DNA from: Acidimicrobiales bacterium
GTDB taxonomy: Bacteria; Actinomycetota; Acidimicrobiia; Acidimicrobiales; MedAcidi-G1
DNA length: 64,000 nucleotides
Direction of reading: 5' to 3'
NCBI GenBank assembly: GCA_022452145.1
Contig: JAKURY010000009.1
Location: 18,120-82,119 of the forward strand
Of the stretch, positions 18,419 to 28,751 are shown in pieces. Within the stretch, counting starts at the first letter, position 1, and each line of letters opens with the position of its first letter. Under the pieces are notes generated by a model. That model saw only the letters and a program-made list of their open reading frames with translations, made no database searches and was not told where the DNA came from. The position numbers and the translations under genes were made by a program.

Positions 18419-19588
18419 GTGGATCTGTTCGAATACCAGGGCAAGCAGTTCTTTGCCCAGTACGGCATGCCGGTATCGGACGGCGAGATCGCCTTCACCG
18501 TCGACGAGGCGGTGACGGCCGCCGAGCGGCTCGGCACACCGGTCATGGTCAAGGCCCAGGTCCACACCGGTGGCCGGGGCAAGGCCGGTGGCGTCAAGTT
18601 CGCAGCGACCATCGACGACGTCCGGCAGCACGCGACGAACATCCTGGGCCTGGACATCGGTGGCCACGTCGTGGGCCGGGTGTGGGTCGAGCGGGCCTCG
18701 GACATAGCCGAGGAGTACTACGCCTCGTTCACCCTCGACCGCTCGGCGAAGAAGCACCTGGGGATGCTCTCGGCCGAGGGCGGCGTGGAGATCGAGACGG
18801 TGGCCGACGAGAACCCGGATGCCATCGCCAAGGTCTGGATAGATCCAGTGGACGGTCTAGACGAGGCGGGAGCCCGGGCCTGGGTGGCTGCTGCGAACCT
18901 GCCCGATGCCGCCGTCGAGGGCACGGTTGACGTCCTCCAGAAGCTCTACACCGCATACGTGGACGGTGATGCCGACCTGGTTGAGATCAACCCGCTCATC
19001 CTCACGCCCGATGGCCGGATCCACGTGCTGGACGCGAAGGTCACCCTGGACGGCAGCTCGGTGTTCCGCCACGAGGACTACGTGGAGTTCGATGAGACGC
19101 AGACCCGGGACGAGCGGGAGACGGCAGCCCACGCCCGGGGCCTGCAGTACGTGGGACTGGACGGCTCGGTGGGCGTGATCGCCAACGGCGCCGGGCTGGC
19201 GATGTCCACCGTGGACGTGGTCAACCAGGTCGGGGGCAGCCCGGCCAACTTCCTGGACATCGGCGGCGGCGCCAACGCAGACGTCATGGCCGGGGCCCTG
19301 GAGGTCATCAACAACGACCCGGCGGTGCGGTCCATCTTCATCAACATCTTCGGCGGCATCACCAGGGGCGAGGAGGTGGCCAACGGCATCATCGGGGCCC
19401 TCGAGCGGGTCCGGATCGACGCCCCGATCGTGATCCGACTTGATGGCACGAACGCCGAAGAGGGTCGGGCAATCCTGGAGCCGCACCTGTCCGACACCCT
19501 GCAGATGGCGCCGACGATGCTGGATGCGGCCCGACGGGCCGTGGAGCTGGCCACAGCGGCGGGCACCGACGAGAACCGGGGGGTCTGA
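18419..19588 (+). CDS. sucC: Succinate--CoA ligase subunit beta
   Basis: MDLFEYQGKQFFAQYGMPV...VKAQVHTGGRGKAGGVKF. aggagg lies 10 nt upstream of the GTG. Confidence 0.95.
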   Translation: MDLFEYQGKQFFAQYGMPVSDGEIAFTVDEAVTAAERLGTPVMVKAQVHTGGRGKAGGVKFAATIDDVRQHATNILGLDIGGHVVGRVWVERASDIAEEYYASFTLDRSAKKHLGMLSAEGGVEIETVADENPDAIAKVWIDPVDGLDEAGARAWVAAANLPDAAVEGTVDVLQKLYTAYVDGDADLVEINPLILTPDGRIHVLDAKVTLDGSSVFRHEDYVEFDETQTRDERETAAHARGLQYVGLDGSVGVIANGAGLAMSTVDVVNQVGGSPANFLDIGGGANADVMAGALEVINNDPAVRSIFINIFGGITRGEEVANGIIGALERVRIDAPIVIRLDGTNAEEGRAILEPHLSDTLQMAPTMLDAARRAVELATAAGTDENRGV

Positions 19589-19591
19589 GCC

Positions 19592-20479
19592 GTGAGCGTC
19601 TTCGTCGACTCTGCCACGAAGGTCGTCTACCAGGGGCTGACCGGCAGCCAGGGCCGCTATTACGGCCTGCTGAACCGGGACTACGGCACGCGGGTGGTGG
19701 CCGGGACGAACCCCAGGAAGGCCGGGACCGACGTTGACGGCATACCTGTCTACGCTTCGGTCGCCGAGGCGGTCGCCGAGACCGGGGCCACCGCGTCGTG
19801 CATCTTCATCCCGGCGCCCGGGGTGCGCGACGCCGTGCTGGAGGCCGCCCGGGGTGGCGTGGAGTTCATCGTGGCGATCACCGAGGGTGTACCGGCCCAT
19901 GACGAGGCCGACCTGTACAACCGGCTCCGCCGGGACTTCCCGGGCGTGCGGCTGCTGGGCCCCAACTGTCCGGGGATCATCTCGCCCGGCCAGTGCAACA
20001 TAGGCATCACCGCCGGTCACATCGCCCTGCCCGGCGGTCCGGTTGGCATAGTGAGCCGGTCCGGCACGCTCACCTACCAGGCGCTGTACGAGCTCAAGGA
20101 GAAGGGCATCGGCTGCACGACGTGCATCGGCATCGGTGGCGACCCGGTGCCCGGCACGTCGTTCATCGACTGCCTGGCCGCCTTCGAGGCTGACCCCGAC
20201 ACGAAGGCCGTGATGATGATCGGCGAGATCGGCGGGTCGGCCGAGGAGGAGGCCGCCGAGTTCATCGCCGACCACATGACCAAGCCGGTGTCGGCCTACG
20301 TGGCCGGCGTGACCGCTCCGCCCGGCAAGAAGATGGGCCACGCCGGTGCCATCGTCTCGGGAGGTCGGGGAACGGCCCGGGCCAAGATGGATGCGCTGCG
20401 GGACGCCGGGGTCAGGGTCGGCCTGAACCCGACCGAGGCCGGCGAGCACATGGCCGACATCGTCGCCGAGCTGGGCTGA
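19592..20479 (+). CDS. sucD: Succinate--CoA ligase subunit alpha
   Basis: VVYQGLTGSQGRYY...SRSGTLTYQ...GHAGAIVSGG (phosphohistidine loop). Confidence 0.95.
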   Translation: MSVFVDSATKVVYQGLTGSQGRYYGLLNRDYGTRVVAGTNPRKAGTDVDGIPVYASVAEAVAETGATASCIFIPAPGVRDAVLEAARGGVEFIVAITEGVPAHDEADLYNRLRRDFPGVRLLGPNCPGIISPGQCNIGITAGHIALPGGPVGIVSRSGTLTYQALYELKEKGIGCTTCIGIGGDPVPGTSFIDCLAAFEADPDTKAVMMIGEIGGSAEEEAAEFIADHMTKPVSAYVAGVTAPPGKKMGHAGAIVSGGRGTARAKMDALRDAGVRVGLNPTEAGEHMADIVAELG

Positions 20480-20486
20480 CAGGGAC

Positions 20487-20538
20487 CCGCCTGCCGTCCA
20501 CAGGGGGCACAGGTCCGCCTTTCGTCCACAGGGGGCAC
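20487..20538. repeat. Two 24-bp direct repeats (28-bp period) in the sucD-purN spacer
   Basis: ccgcctgccgtccacagggggcac (20487-20510) and ccgcctttcgtccacagggggcac (20515-20538), followed by a partial gcctgcctgcc. Confidence 0.85.
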
Positions 20539-20638
20539 GCCTGCCTGCCCCACCTCACCGCAATCCAGGGGAACGCGCCCGGTTCCTACCGCCATTTCGC
20601 CATCAGCGGTTGCGGGGGCCGCTGGTACGGTCGCCCCC

Positions 20639-21232
20639 ATGTCGTTGGCGGTGCTGGTCTCGGGTACGGGCTCGATCCTGGATGCGATGGTGTCGGCCGG
20701 CCTGCCGGTCGCCCTGGTCGTGTCGGACCGACCGTGTCCGGCCATCGGGATGGCGGCAGACCATGACGTGGAGGCCGTGGTGGTGCACCGGGACTCCTAT
20801 GGAGACGACTTCGACCGGGACGCCTACACGTCCCGCCTGACCGACCTGCTGGTCGACCGGGGGGTCTCGCTGGTGGCCATGGCGGGGTTCGGCACGATCC
20901 TCGGCCAGCCGATCTACAACCGCTTCGCCGGACACATCCTCAACACCCACCCCGCCCTGCTGCCCGCCTTCCCCGGCTGGCACGCGGTACGTGACGCTCT
21001 CGCCCATGGGGTGACCGTCACCGGCTGCACCGTGCACATGGCGACCCTCGAGGTGGATGCCGGTCCGATCCTGGCCCAGGGGACCGTAGAGGTGCGTCCC
21101 GACGACGACGAGGTCAGCCTCCACGAGCGCATAAAGGCCGTCGAGCGGCGCCTCTACGTCGACACCATCCGATCCGTCCTGGGTGGCGAGCCGCCCGTTC
21201 CGGCGGGTGCCTCCGGTGGAGCATCGGCATGA
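20639..21232 (+). CDS. purN: Phosphoribosylglycinamide formyltransferase
   Basis: LAVLVSGTGSIL...ILNTHPALLPAFPG...GCTVHMA. The stop overlaps the purH ATG. Confidence 0.92.
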   Translation: MSLAVLVSGTGSILDAMVSAGLPVALVVSDRPCPAIGMAADHDVEAVVVHRDSYGDDFDRDAYTSRLTDLLVDRGVSLVAMAGFGTILGQPIYNRFAGHILNTHPALLPAFPGWHAVRDALAHGVTVTGCTVHMATLEVDAGPILAQGTVEVRPDDDEVSLHERIKAVERRLYVDTIRSVLGGEPPVPAGASGGASA

Positions 21233-22779
21233 GCGCCCCGACGGGCCGCCGGGCTCTGCTGTCCGTCTACGACAAGACGGGGATCGTGGAGCTCTCCCGC
21301 GGGCTGGTCGAGCTGGGGTGGGAGCTGGTCTCCAGCGGGGGTACGGCCTCGGTCCTGGTTGACGAGGGCCTGCCCGTCACCGAGGTCGCTCAGGTTACTG
21401 GCGCCCCCGAGATGCTGGGCGGACGGGTCAAGACACTCCACCCAGCGATCCACGGCGGGATCCTCGCCGACCGGTCCGACCCCGATCACATGGCCGAACT
21501 TGAGGCCCATGGCATAGACCCCATCGATCTGGTGGTGGCCAATCTCTACCCGTTCGCTGAATGGCCGGGCGTCGAGATGATCGACATCGGCGGGTCGGCC
21601 ATGGTGCGGGCGGCGGCCAAGAACCATGCACACGTGGGGGTGGTTGTCGACCCGAGCGACTACCCGGACCTCCTAGATGAGTTGCGGTCAGGCAACCTCC
21701 TGTCCGAATCCACTCGACTGGCCCTGGCCCGTAGGGCTTTTTCCCATACCGCCTCCTACGACGCGTCAATTATGGCTTGGTTCGATTCCGGCCTCCCGGT
21801 TTCCGACACTGATTCCGGCTTCGCCGCAGCCCTTCCCGACACCCTGCATCTAAGCCTGGAGCGGGTCGATGAACTTCGCTATGGGGAGAACCCCCACCAA
21901 GCAGGAGCCCGGTACCGGTGGGCCGCCGACCTGACCGGTTGGTGGGATGCAGCAATCCTCCACGGCGGCAAGGCCATGTCCTACCTGAACGTTTTCGACA
22001 CTGAGGCCGCATGGCGCCTGGTGAACGAACTGGGCGATGAGCCAGCCGCAGTGGTCGTAAAGCACGCCAACCCGTGCGGGGTGGCCGTGGCCGAGAACGT
22101 CTCCGACGCCTACCGGGCGGCTCACGGCTGTGATCCCGTCTCCGCCTTCGGGGGAATCGTGGCGCTCAACCGGATGGTCACCATGGCGGTTGCCGAACCG
22201 CTCTCCGAGGTGTTCACCGAGGTAGTCGTGGCCCCGGCCTACGAACCCGAGGCCCTCGAGGCGCTCCGAGCCCGGGCCAACCTGAGGATCCTTGAAGGCC
22301 CACCTCCCGGGCGAGCCGACTGGATCCTGGATTTGCGCAGTATTGACGGAGGGCTACTCGTCCAGACCGTCGACCAGGTCGATGATGATTCGCCGGCCTG
22401 GAGGGTGGTAACCGACCGGGAACCCACCGACTCGGAGTGGGCCGATCTCGCCTTGGCGTGGAAGGTGGCGGCCAGGGTGACCTCGAACGCCATCGTGCTC
22501 GTCAAAGACCGCCAGGCCGTCGGCATAGGGGCTGGCCAGCAGAATCGGCGCGACGCCGCCCGTATAGCCGCGGAGAAGGCCGAAGGTCGGGCCACCGGGG
22601 GAGCCTGCGCCAGCGACGCCTTCTTTCCGTTCCGCGACGGCCTCGATGCCGCCATCGACGCCGGTGCCACTGCGGTCATCCAGCCGGGCGGTTCGGTACG
22701 CGACGACGAGGTCATTGCGGCCGCTAACGAGGTCGGTTTGGCCATGGTGTTTACCGGCCGACGCCACTTCCGTCACTGA
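21229..22779 (+). CDS. purH: Bifunctional AICAR transformylase / IMP cyclohydrolase
   Basis: ALLSVYDKTGIVEL...GGRVKTLHPAIHGGIL...VVKHANPCGVA...TGRRHFRH C-terminus. Confidence 0.95.
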   Translation: MSAPTGRRALLSVYDKTGIVELSRGLVELGWELVSSGGTASVLVDEGLPVTEVAQVTGAPEMLGGRVKTLHPAIHGGILADRSDPDHMAELEAHGIDPIDLVVANLYPFAEWPGVEMIDIGGSAMVRAAAKNHAHVGVVVDPSDYPDLLDELRSGNLLSESTRLALARRAFSHTASYDASIMAWFDSGLPVSDTDSGFAAALPDTLHLSLERVDELRYGENPHQAGARYRWAADLTGWWDAAILHGGKAMSYLNVFDTEAAWRLVNELGDEPAAVVVKHANPCGVAVAENVSDAYRAAHGCDPVSAFGGIVALNRMVTMAVAEPLSEVFTEVVVAPAYEPEALEALRARANLRILEGPPPGRADWILDLRSIDGGLLVQTVDQVDDDSPAWRVVTDREPTDSEWADLALAWKVAARVTSNAIVLVKDRQAVGIGAGQQNRRDAARIAAEKAEGRATGGACASDAFFPFRDGLDAAIDAGATAVIQPGGSVRDDEVIAAANEVGLAMVFTGRRHFRH

Positions 22780-22837
22780 CCGGCCCAGGTCGTCGGACCG
22801 ACCCGCCCGGAGTCATCGAGGGATAGCGTGCCCCGCC

Positions 22838-23695
22838 ATGACTGCACAACTGCTCGCTGGTGGGCCGGTCGCCGAGGCCGTGCTCGATGATGTCCGCTCC
22901 CGGGTCGAAGCGCTCGCCGCCAGGGGGGTCACGCCGGGACTTGGCACGATCCTCGTTGGCGACGACGGCGCTAGTGCCGGTTACGTACGCAAGAAGCACG
23001 AGACCTGTGAGTCGGTGGGCCTCGCCTCCAGCCACATCCAGGTCCAGGCCGGTGACCCCCCTGCGGCGCTGGACGAGGCCGTGGCCTCGTTCAACGAGGA
23101 CCCGTCGGTCCACGCGTACATCATCCAGCACCCGGTGGCTGAAGGCTTCGACTTCAACGCCGCCCTGTCGGCCATGGATCCAGCCAAGGACGCCGATGGC
23201 CTCCACCCGACCAACCTCGGCAGGTTGGTGCTCCAGGAGGACGGTCCGGTGCCGTGTACGCCGGCCGGCATCCAGGCCCTTTTCGTGCACTACGACATCG
23301 ACATCAGCGGCAGGCACGTGGTCGTGATCGGCCGCGGTCCGACCCTGGGCAGGCCGCTGTCGCTGCTGCTCACCACCAAGGCCCCGGGCGCCAACGCCGC
23401 GGTGACCGTGGTGCACTCGGCGGTTCCCGACCTGGCCGACCTGACCCGTGAGGCCGACATCGTCATAGCCGCCCTCGGCGTTCCGTCCTTCGTTCAGCCC
23501 GACATGGTGAGGTCGGGAGCGGTCGTGGTGAGCGGCGGCATCTCCTGGGAGGGTCGCAAGCTGCTGGCCGACGTCGACGAATCGGTGGGCGAGGTGGCGT
23601 CGTGGATCACCCCCCGCCTTGGTGGCGTGGGCCCGACCACGGTGGCCATGCTGCTGCGCAACACCGTCGAGGCTGCGGAGCGCTCCGTCTCCTAG
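22838..23695 (+). CDS. folD: Bifunctional methylene-THF dehydrogenase / methenyl-THF cyclohydrolase
   Basis: GLGTILVGDDGASAGYVRKK...PGGVGPTTVAMLL. Trimmed to ATG 22838; the track ORF 22646.. overlaps purH. Confidence 0.92.
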   Translation: MTAQLLAGGPVAEAVLDDVRSRVEALAARGVTPGLGTILVGDDGASAGYVRKKHETCESVGLASSHIQVQAGDPPAALDEAVASFNEDPSVHAYIIQHPVAEGFDFNAALSAMDPAKDADGLHPTNLGRLVLQEDGPVPCTPAGIQALFVHYDIDISGRHVVVIGRGPTLGRPLSLLLTTKAPGANAAVTVVHSAVPDLADLTREADIVIAALGVPSFVQPDMVRSGAVVVSGGISWEGRKLLADVDESVGEVASWITPRLGGVGPTTVAMLLRNTVEAAERSVS

Positions 23696-23846
23696 CCGTA
23701 CCGGCTCCCGGACCGGTGGCCCGGTCGGACCCCTGACCCGGCGGGTCGACGGCCCCGTTTGATGGCCCTGTGGCCCGGCGGCCCGACCCGACAGGCCGGC
23801 TGGTCCACTGGATGTTGACGGGTCGGGAATCGGTAGGGTCGGCCCC

Positions 23847-25043
23847 ATGGCAGAGAAGATCACGATGGGCGCAGGCGGCGTCCTGAACGTTCCGGACGAC
23901 CCGATCATCCCGTTCATCGAGGGTGACGGCACCGGGGTCGACATCTGGCCGGCAGCTCGTCTCGTGTTGGACGCCGCTGCGGCGAGGTACGGCCACTCCA
24001 TCGAGTGGAAGGAGGTGCTCGCAGGGGAGAAGGCCTACAACGAGACCGGTGACTGGCTGCCCCAGGACACCGTCGACACGTTCTCCGAGTACATGATCGG
24101 CATCAAGGGCCCGCTGACCACGCCGATCGGTGGCGGGTTCCGCAGCCTCAACGTGGCCCTGCGCCAGATCCTGGACCTGTACGTGTGCCTGCGCCCCGTC
24201 CGCTGGTTCAAGGGTGTGCCCTCGCCGGTCAAGCGTCCCGATCTGGTCGACATGGTGATCTTCCGCGAGAACACGGAGGACATCTACGCGGGCCTCGAGG
24301 TGGAGGCCATGACCCCCGACGCCCTGAAGCTCCGGGAGCTGCTCGAGGACGCCTTTGGCTGGCGCATCCGTGAGGACTCCGGCATAGGGATCAAGCCCAT
24401 CTCCAGGACGGGATCCCAGCGACTCCAGCGGGCCGCCCTGCAGTACGCGGTGGACCGCGGCCGTCCCCGCGTCCACTGGGTCCACAAGGGCAACATCATG
24501 AAGTTCACCGAGGGCGCATTCCAGAAGTGGGGCTACGAGCTGGTGCGCGACGAGTTCTCCGACGTGGCAGTCGGCTGGGACGACTGCGGCGGCGAGCCGG
24601 GCGACAGGATCCTCGTGCAGGACACCATCGCCGACATCGCCCTGCAGCAGGTGCTGACCCGACCATCGGAGTTCGACGTGATCGCCACCATGAACCTGAA
24701 CGGCGACTACCTGTCAGATGCCCTGGCCGCCCAGGTCGGCGGCATCGGCATCGCGCCCGGTGGCAACACCAACTATGTGACCGGCCATGGAATCTTCGAG
24801 GCCACCCACGGCACCGCACCCAGGTACGCCGGTCAGGACAAGGTCAACCCGTCGTCGGTGTTGTTGTCCGGGGCACTCATGTACGAACACATCGGCTGGC
24901 AGGACGCCGCCGACGACATCGTGCGTGCCATCGAGTCTGCCGTCTCCGACAAGATCGTGACCTACGACTTCGCCCGGCTGATGGACGGAGCCACCGAGGT
25001 CAAGTGCTCGGAGTTCGCCTCGGCCGTAGCCGACCGGCTCTGA
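23847..25043 (+). CDS. icd: NADP-dependent isocitrate dehydrogenase (homodimeric type)
   Basis: [15 protein letters not shown]...[11 protein letters not shown]...NLNGDYLSD... Confidence 0.93.
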   Translation: MAEKITMGAGGVLNVPDDPIIPFIEGDGTGVDIWPAARLVLDAAAARYGHSIEWKEVLAGEKAYNETGDWLPQDTVDTFSEYMIGIKGPLTTPIGGGFRSLNVALRQILDLYVCLRPVRWFKGVPSPVKRPDLVDMVIFRENTEDIYAGLEVEAMTPDALKLRELLEDAFGWRIREDSGIGIKPISRTGSQRLQRAALQYAVDRGRPRVHWVHKGNIMKFTEGAFQKWGYELVRDEFSDVAVGWDDCGGEPGDRILVQDTIADIALQQVLTRPSEFDVIATMNLNGDYLSDALAAQVGGIGIAPGGNTNYVTGHGIFEATHGTAPRYAGQDKVNPSSVLLSGALMYEHIGWQDAADDIVRAIESAVSDKIVTYDFARLMDGATEVKCSEFASAVADRL

Positions 25044-25065
25044 CCTGACCTCCGGGGACGCAGCC

Positions 25066-26913
25066 GTGCCGCGGTCCAGTACCGCCTCGGGGATCCCTGA
25101 GAGCGTGGTGAGGCGCGGGTGGCGGCTGACCCGACGTTCGCTGCGGGCCCATCCGCTGGCCCACGCCACGGCCATCATGGGCGCCAACGTGTTCGCCCTG
25201 GCCGTGGTGGGCTTCACCGTGGTCATCGGTCGGGTAACCGACGAGGTGATCGTTCCGGGCCTGGACGGCGACGGCGTCACCCGCCGGTCCCTGCTGATCG
25301 CGGTGGCCACTGTCGTGGGTATCGGCGTCGTGCGCGCTGCGTCGATCATGGTCCGCCGATGGTTCAACATGCTGGCGATCAGCAGGACCCAGCGGACCTG
25401 GCGGCTGGCGGTCACGGACCGGTTCCTGGACGTCCCGCTGGACTTCCACCGTTCCAGGCCGGCCGGCCTCCTGCTGGCCCATGCCGATGCCGACGTGGAG
25501 GTGGCCACCTCCATGCTCATGCCGCTGGCGTTCTCCATGTCGGTCGTGGTGCTGGCGCTGGCCTCGCTGGCCAGCCTGCTGGCCGTCCACCCATTGTTCG
25601 CGTGCGTAGCCCTGCTCCTGTTCCCGACGCTGACGGTGCTGAACCAACGCTTCACCAGGGCCGTCGAGGCACCATCGGCTCGGGGCCAGGCTGCGGTCGG
25701 CGTGCTCTCGGGCATCGCCCACGAGAGCCTCGACGGCGTGATGGTGGTGAAGACCCTCGGCAGGGAGCGCGAGGAGCTCGAACGGTTTGCCGAGGTGGCG
25801 GACGAACTGCGCGGGCACCGCCTGGAGGCCGGTCGGCTCCGCAGTGGATACGCGCCGGTCATCTACTCGCTGCCCAACCTCGGGGTCATCGTCCTGCTGG
25901 TCCTGGGCACGTGGTTGGTGGGCCGAGGGTCGGTGTCGATCGGAGACGTGGTCCGGGCCATGTCCCTGTTCAGCATCCTGACCCTGCCCATGGAGATCCT
26001 GGGCTACATGTTCCAGGAGATGCCGCGCTCGGTGGTCGCCATGGACCGCATCGACCGTGTCCTGGCAGTCAGCCCCGAGTCCAGGCCGGACCCCGTGCCC
26101 GACGTACCGGATCCGGTCGCCGTGGAGTTCGACCGGGTGTCCTACGCCCACCCGCCTGCCGGATTGGTTGCCGGTCGGGCCCCGACCGCCAGGACGCCCG
26201 TCCAGGCCCCGGTGCTGGTAGACCTGTCCTTCCGGGTGCGGCCCGGAGAGTCGGTCGCCATGGTCGGTGCCACCGGCTCGGGTAAGAGCACCGTGGTCTC
26301 CCTGCTCTGCGGCCTCGTCCCGCCAACCGGTGGCCGGATACTGCTCGGTGGAGTCGACGTCGCCGACCTCGGTTCGGACGGCGCAGCCGGCGTCGTGGCT
26401 CCGGTCCTCCAAGAGACCTTCCTCTTCGCCGACACCGTTCTGAACAACCTGACCCTGGGGCGCGACGTACCGGCCGAAGAGATCCAGGATGTCCTGGCCA
26501 TCGTGGCGGCCGACGGGTTCGTGGCGTCGATGCCCGATGGCCTCGACACCGTGGTCGGAGAGCGGGGCGTGACCCTGTCGGGCGGACAGCGCCAACGCCT
26601 GGCCATTGCCAGGGCCCTGCTCCGTCGGCCCCGGGTGCTGGTGCTGGATGACTCCACGTCGGCCGTCGACCCCACCATCGAGGCCGGGATCCTCCGAAAC
26701 CTCAGGGTCACGCCGTCGGCCGGACCTGCCAGCTCGGACCGAGCGGTGCCGACCCTGCTCGTCATAGCCCACCGACTGGCCACCATCCGCTTGGCCGACC
26801 GGGTCCTGTTCCTGGACGGCGGGCGCATCGCCGCCTCGGGCACCCACGAGGACCTGCTGGACGTACCCGCCTATGCCGCCCTGGCCCGTGCCTACGAGGA
26901 GGACAGCCGGTGA
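25066..26913 (+). CDS. ABC exporter, fused permease/ATPase (half-transporter 1)
   Basis: 6-TM N-terminus, Walker A GATGSGKST, signature LSGGQRQR, Walker B VLVLDD. GTG start. Confidence 0.9.
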   Translation: MPRSSTASGIPESVVRRGWRLTRRSLRAHPLAHATAIMGANVFALAVVGFTVVIGRVTDEVIVPGLDGDGVTRRSLLIAVATVVGIGVVRAASIMVRRWFNMLAISRTQRTWRLAVTDRFLDVPLDFHRSRPAGLLLAHADADVEVATSMLMPLAFSMSVVVLALASLASLLAVHPLFACVALLLFPTLTVLNQRFTRAVEAPSARGQAAVGVLSGIAHESLDGVMVVKTLGREREELERFAEVADELRGHRLEAGRLRSGYAPVIYSLPNLGVIVLLVLGTWLVGRGSVSIGDVVRAMSLFSILTLPMEILGYMFQEMPRSVVAMDRIDRVLAVSPESRPDPVPDVPDPVAVEFDRVSYAHPPAGLVAGRAPTARTPVQAPVLVDLSFRVRPGESVAMVGATGSGKSTVVSLLCGLVPPTGGRILLGGVDVADLGSDGAAGVVAPVLQETFLFADTVLNNLTLGRDVPAEEIQDVLAIVAADGFVASMPDGLDTVVGERGVTLSGGQRQRLAIARALLRRPRVLVLDDSTSAVDPTIEAGILRNLRVTPSAGPASSDRAVPTLLVIAHRLATIRLADRVLFLDGGRIAASGTHEDLLDVPAYAALARAYEEDSR

Positions 26914-28751
26914 GCAGCGCAGACCCGGCCCGCGAGGCGCGGGCGTTGGACGACATCGAGGGTGCCGGCGCCTTCGGCGTCCTTCGACGGGGGTTGGCCG
27001 CCTCGCCGGAACTCCGTGACGGGCTGGCCTTCACCGCCTGCATGGCCCTGGCCGTCGCAGGTTCCAAGCTGCTGGTACCGCTGACGATCCAGGCGGTGCT
27101 GGACGGCGCGGTCAGCGCCGACGGCGTACGGATGGGACGGGTGCTGGTGTTGTCCGGAGGGGCCGCCGCGCTGGTCATCGGCAGCATCCAGCTGGGCCGG
27201 GCCACCTACTACCGGTTGGTCCAGACGGCCGAGAACGTGCTCTACGGCCTGCGGGTGCGCACGTTCGAGCACCTCCACCGGCTGAGCCTCGCCGAGCACA
27301 CGGCATCCAGCAAGGGCGCCCTAACGGCCAGGGTGACCAGCGACGTCGAGACCCTGACCAAGTTCGCCCAGTGGGGCGCCGTGGCGTGGATCATCAACTC
27401 GGTCCAGATCGTGGCCGTGCTGGCCATCATGGCCGCCTACTCGTGGCAGCTCACGCTGGTGACCCTCGGCCTGCACATCCCCCTGCTGCCGATCCTGCGC
27501 TGGATGCAGAAGCGCCAACTGCTCGCCTACGACCTGCTTCGTACCCGGGTCTCGGAGACCCTCGGGGTGATCTCCGAGACGGTGCACGGGGTCGAGGTGG
27601 TCCGTACCTACGGCTACCGGGAGCCGACCCGCCGTCGGATCCGATCCGCCGTAGACACCCAGTACCGACAGCAGATGGTGGCGGCCCGCTACTTCTCGCT
27701 GGTGCTGCCCGCATCCGACGCCTTCGGGGTGACGGCCATCGCCTCGGTCATCGGTGCCGGCGTCTGGTGGGGTGGTGGCTGGGGCGTGAGCTCGGGTGAA
27801 CTGGTGGCGTTCGTGTTCCTGTCGAACCTGCTGGTGGGCCCGATCACCGAACTGGGCGAGGTGCTGGACCAGACCCAGACGGCGTTGGCTGGGTGGTGGA
27901 AGATCCTGGACGTGCTGGACACCGAGGTGGAGGTAGTCGACCCCGCCGAGCCGAGGCCGGTTCCCGGCGGGGCGCTGGAGGTGCGGGTCGAGGCCCTGGA
28001 GTTCGCCTACCGGACCGGCGACAGGGTCCTCCACGGGATCGACGCGGTGCTGCCGGCAGGTTCCTCGGTGGCGGTCGTGGGCGAGACCGGATCGGGAAAG
28101 ACCACCTTCGTGAAACTGCTGGCCCGGCTGGCTGATCCGACGGCAGGTCTGGTGCTGGTCGGTGGGATCGACCTCCGGGACGCGTCACCCGACGACCGGC
28201 GAAGGGCCGTGCGGATGGTCCCCCAGGACGGCTTCCTGTTCGACACCACCGTCAGGGCGAACGTCCGCTTCGGCCGGACCGGTGCCACCGACGTCGACGT
28301 CGACGCGGCAATCAACCTGCTCGGCCTACGGGAGTGGGTGGACCGCCTGTCCGACGGCCTGGACACGAGGGTGGGCGAGCGGGGCGAGGGCCTGTCGGTG
28401 GGCGAGCGGCAGCTGGTGGCCCTGGCCAGGGCCCAGTTGGGCGATCCGGGGCTCCTGATCCTGGACGAGGCCACCTCAGCCGTCGACCCCGAGACCGAGA
28501 TGGCCCTCGAGCGGGCGCTGGAGCGCCTTGCCGTCGGCCGGACCACGGTCAGCGTCGCCCACCGGCTTTCCACGGCAGAGCGGTCCGACTTCGTGCTGGT
28601 GTTCGACGCCGGCCGGATAGCCGAGCGTGGTACGCACGCCGAACTGTTGGACCGGGGCGGCATCTACGCAGGGCTCCACGCCTCGTGGATGGGCAACACC
28701 CGTGCCGTCGGGTCCGTCGGGACGTCGGACGTGGTTGGAACCGATGTCTGA
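26910..28751 (+). CDS. ABC exporter, fused permease/ATPase (half-transporter 2)
   Basis: Walker A GETGSGKTT, LSVGERQ, LLILDEATS. The start overlaps the stop of half-transporter 1. Confidence 0.9.
   Translation: MSSADPAREARALDDIEGAGAFGVLRRGLAASPELRDGLAFTACMALAVAGSKLLVPLTIQAVLDGAVSADGVRMGRVLVLSGGAAALVIGSIQLGRATYYRLVQTAENVLYGLRVRTFEHLHRLSLAEHTASSKGALTARVTSDVETLTKFAQWGAVAWIINSVQIVAVLAIMAAYSWQLTLVTLGLHIPLLPILRWMQKRQLLAYDLLRTRVSETLGVISETVHGVEVVRTYGYREPTRRRIRSAVDTQYRQQMVAARYFSLVLPASDAFGVTAIASVIGAGVWWGGGWGVSSGELVAFVFLSNLLVGPITELGEVLDQTQTALAGWWKILDVLDTEVEVVDPAEPRPVPGGALEVRVEALEFAYRTGDRVLHGIDAVLPAGSSVAVVGETGSGKTTFVKLLARLADPTAGLVLVGGIDLRDASPDDRRRAVRMVPQDGFLFDTTVRANVRFGRTGATDVDVDAAINLLGLREWVDRLSDGLDTRVGERGEGLSVGERQLVALARAQLGDPGLLILDEATSAVDPETEMALERALERLAVGRTTVSVAHRLSTAERSDFVLVFDAGRIAERGTHAELLDRGGIYAGLHASWMGNTRAVGSVGTSDVVGTDV

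Noticed and set aside
20480-20638. Looked for a ZTP (pfl) riboswitch upstream of purN/purH, and upstream of folD at 22780-22837, since these are classic actinobacterial locations.
   Set aside because: I could not find the conserved pseudoknot elements (the GGGUCGUGACUGGCG-like 5' domain and the CCGCCUGGGCA 3' element). Only a loose ccgcctgcc resemblance is present. An Infernal scan would be decisive.
23814-23849. Possible leaderless icd transcript: TAGGGT (23834-23839) lies 7 nt before the ATG, with TTGACG at 23814-23819.
   Set aside because: The spacer between the putative -35 and -10 is only about 14 nt (14-15 by my position count) and the -10 is weak. This is not supportable without 5'-end data.
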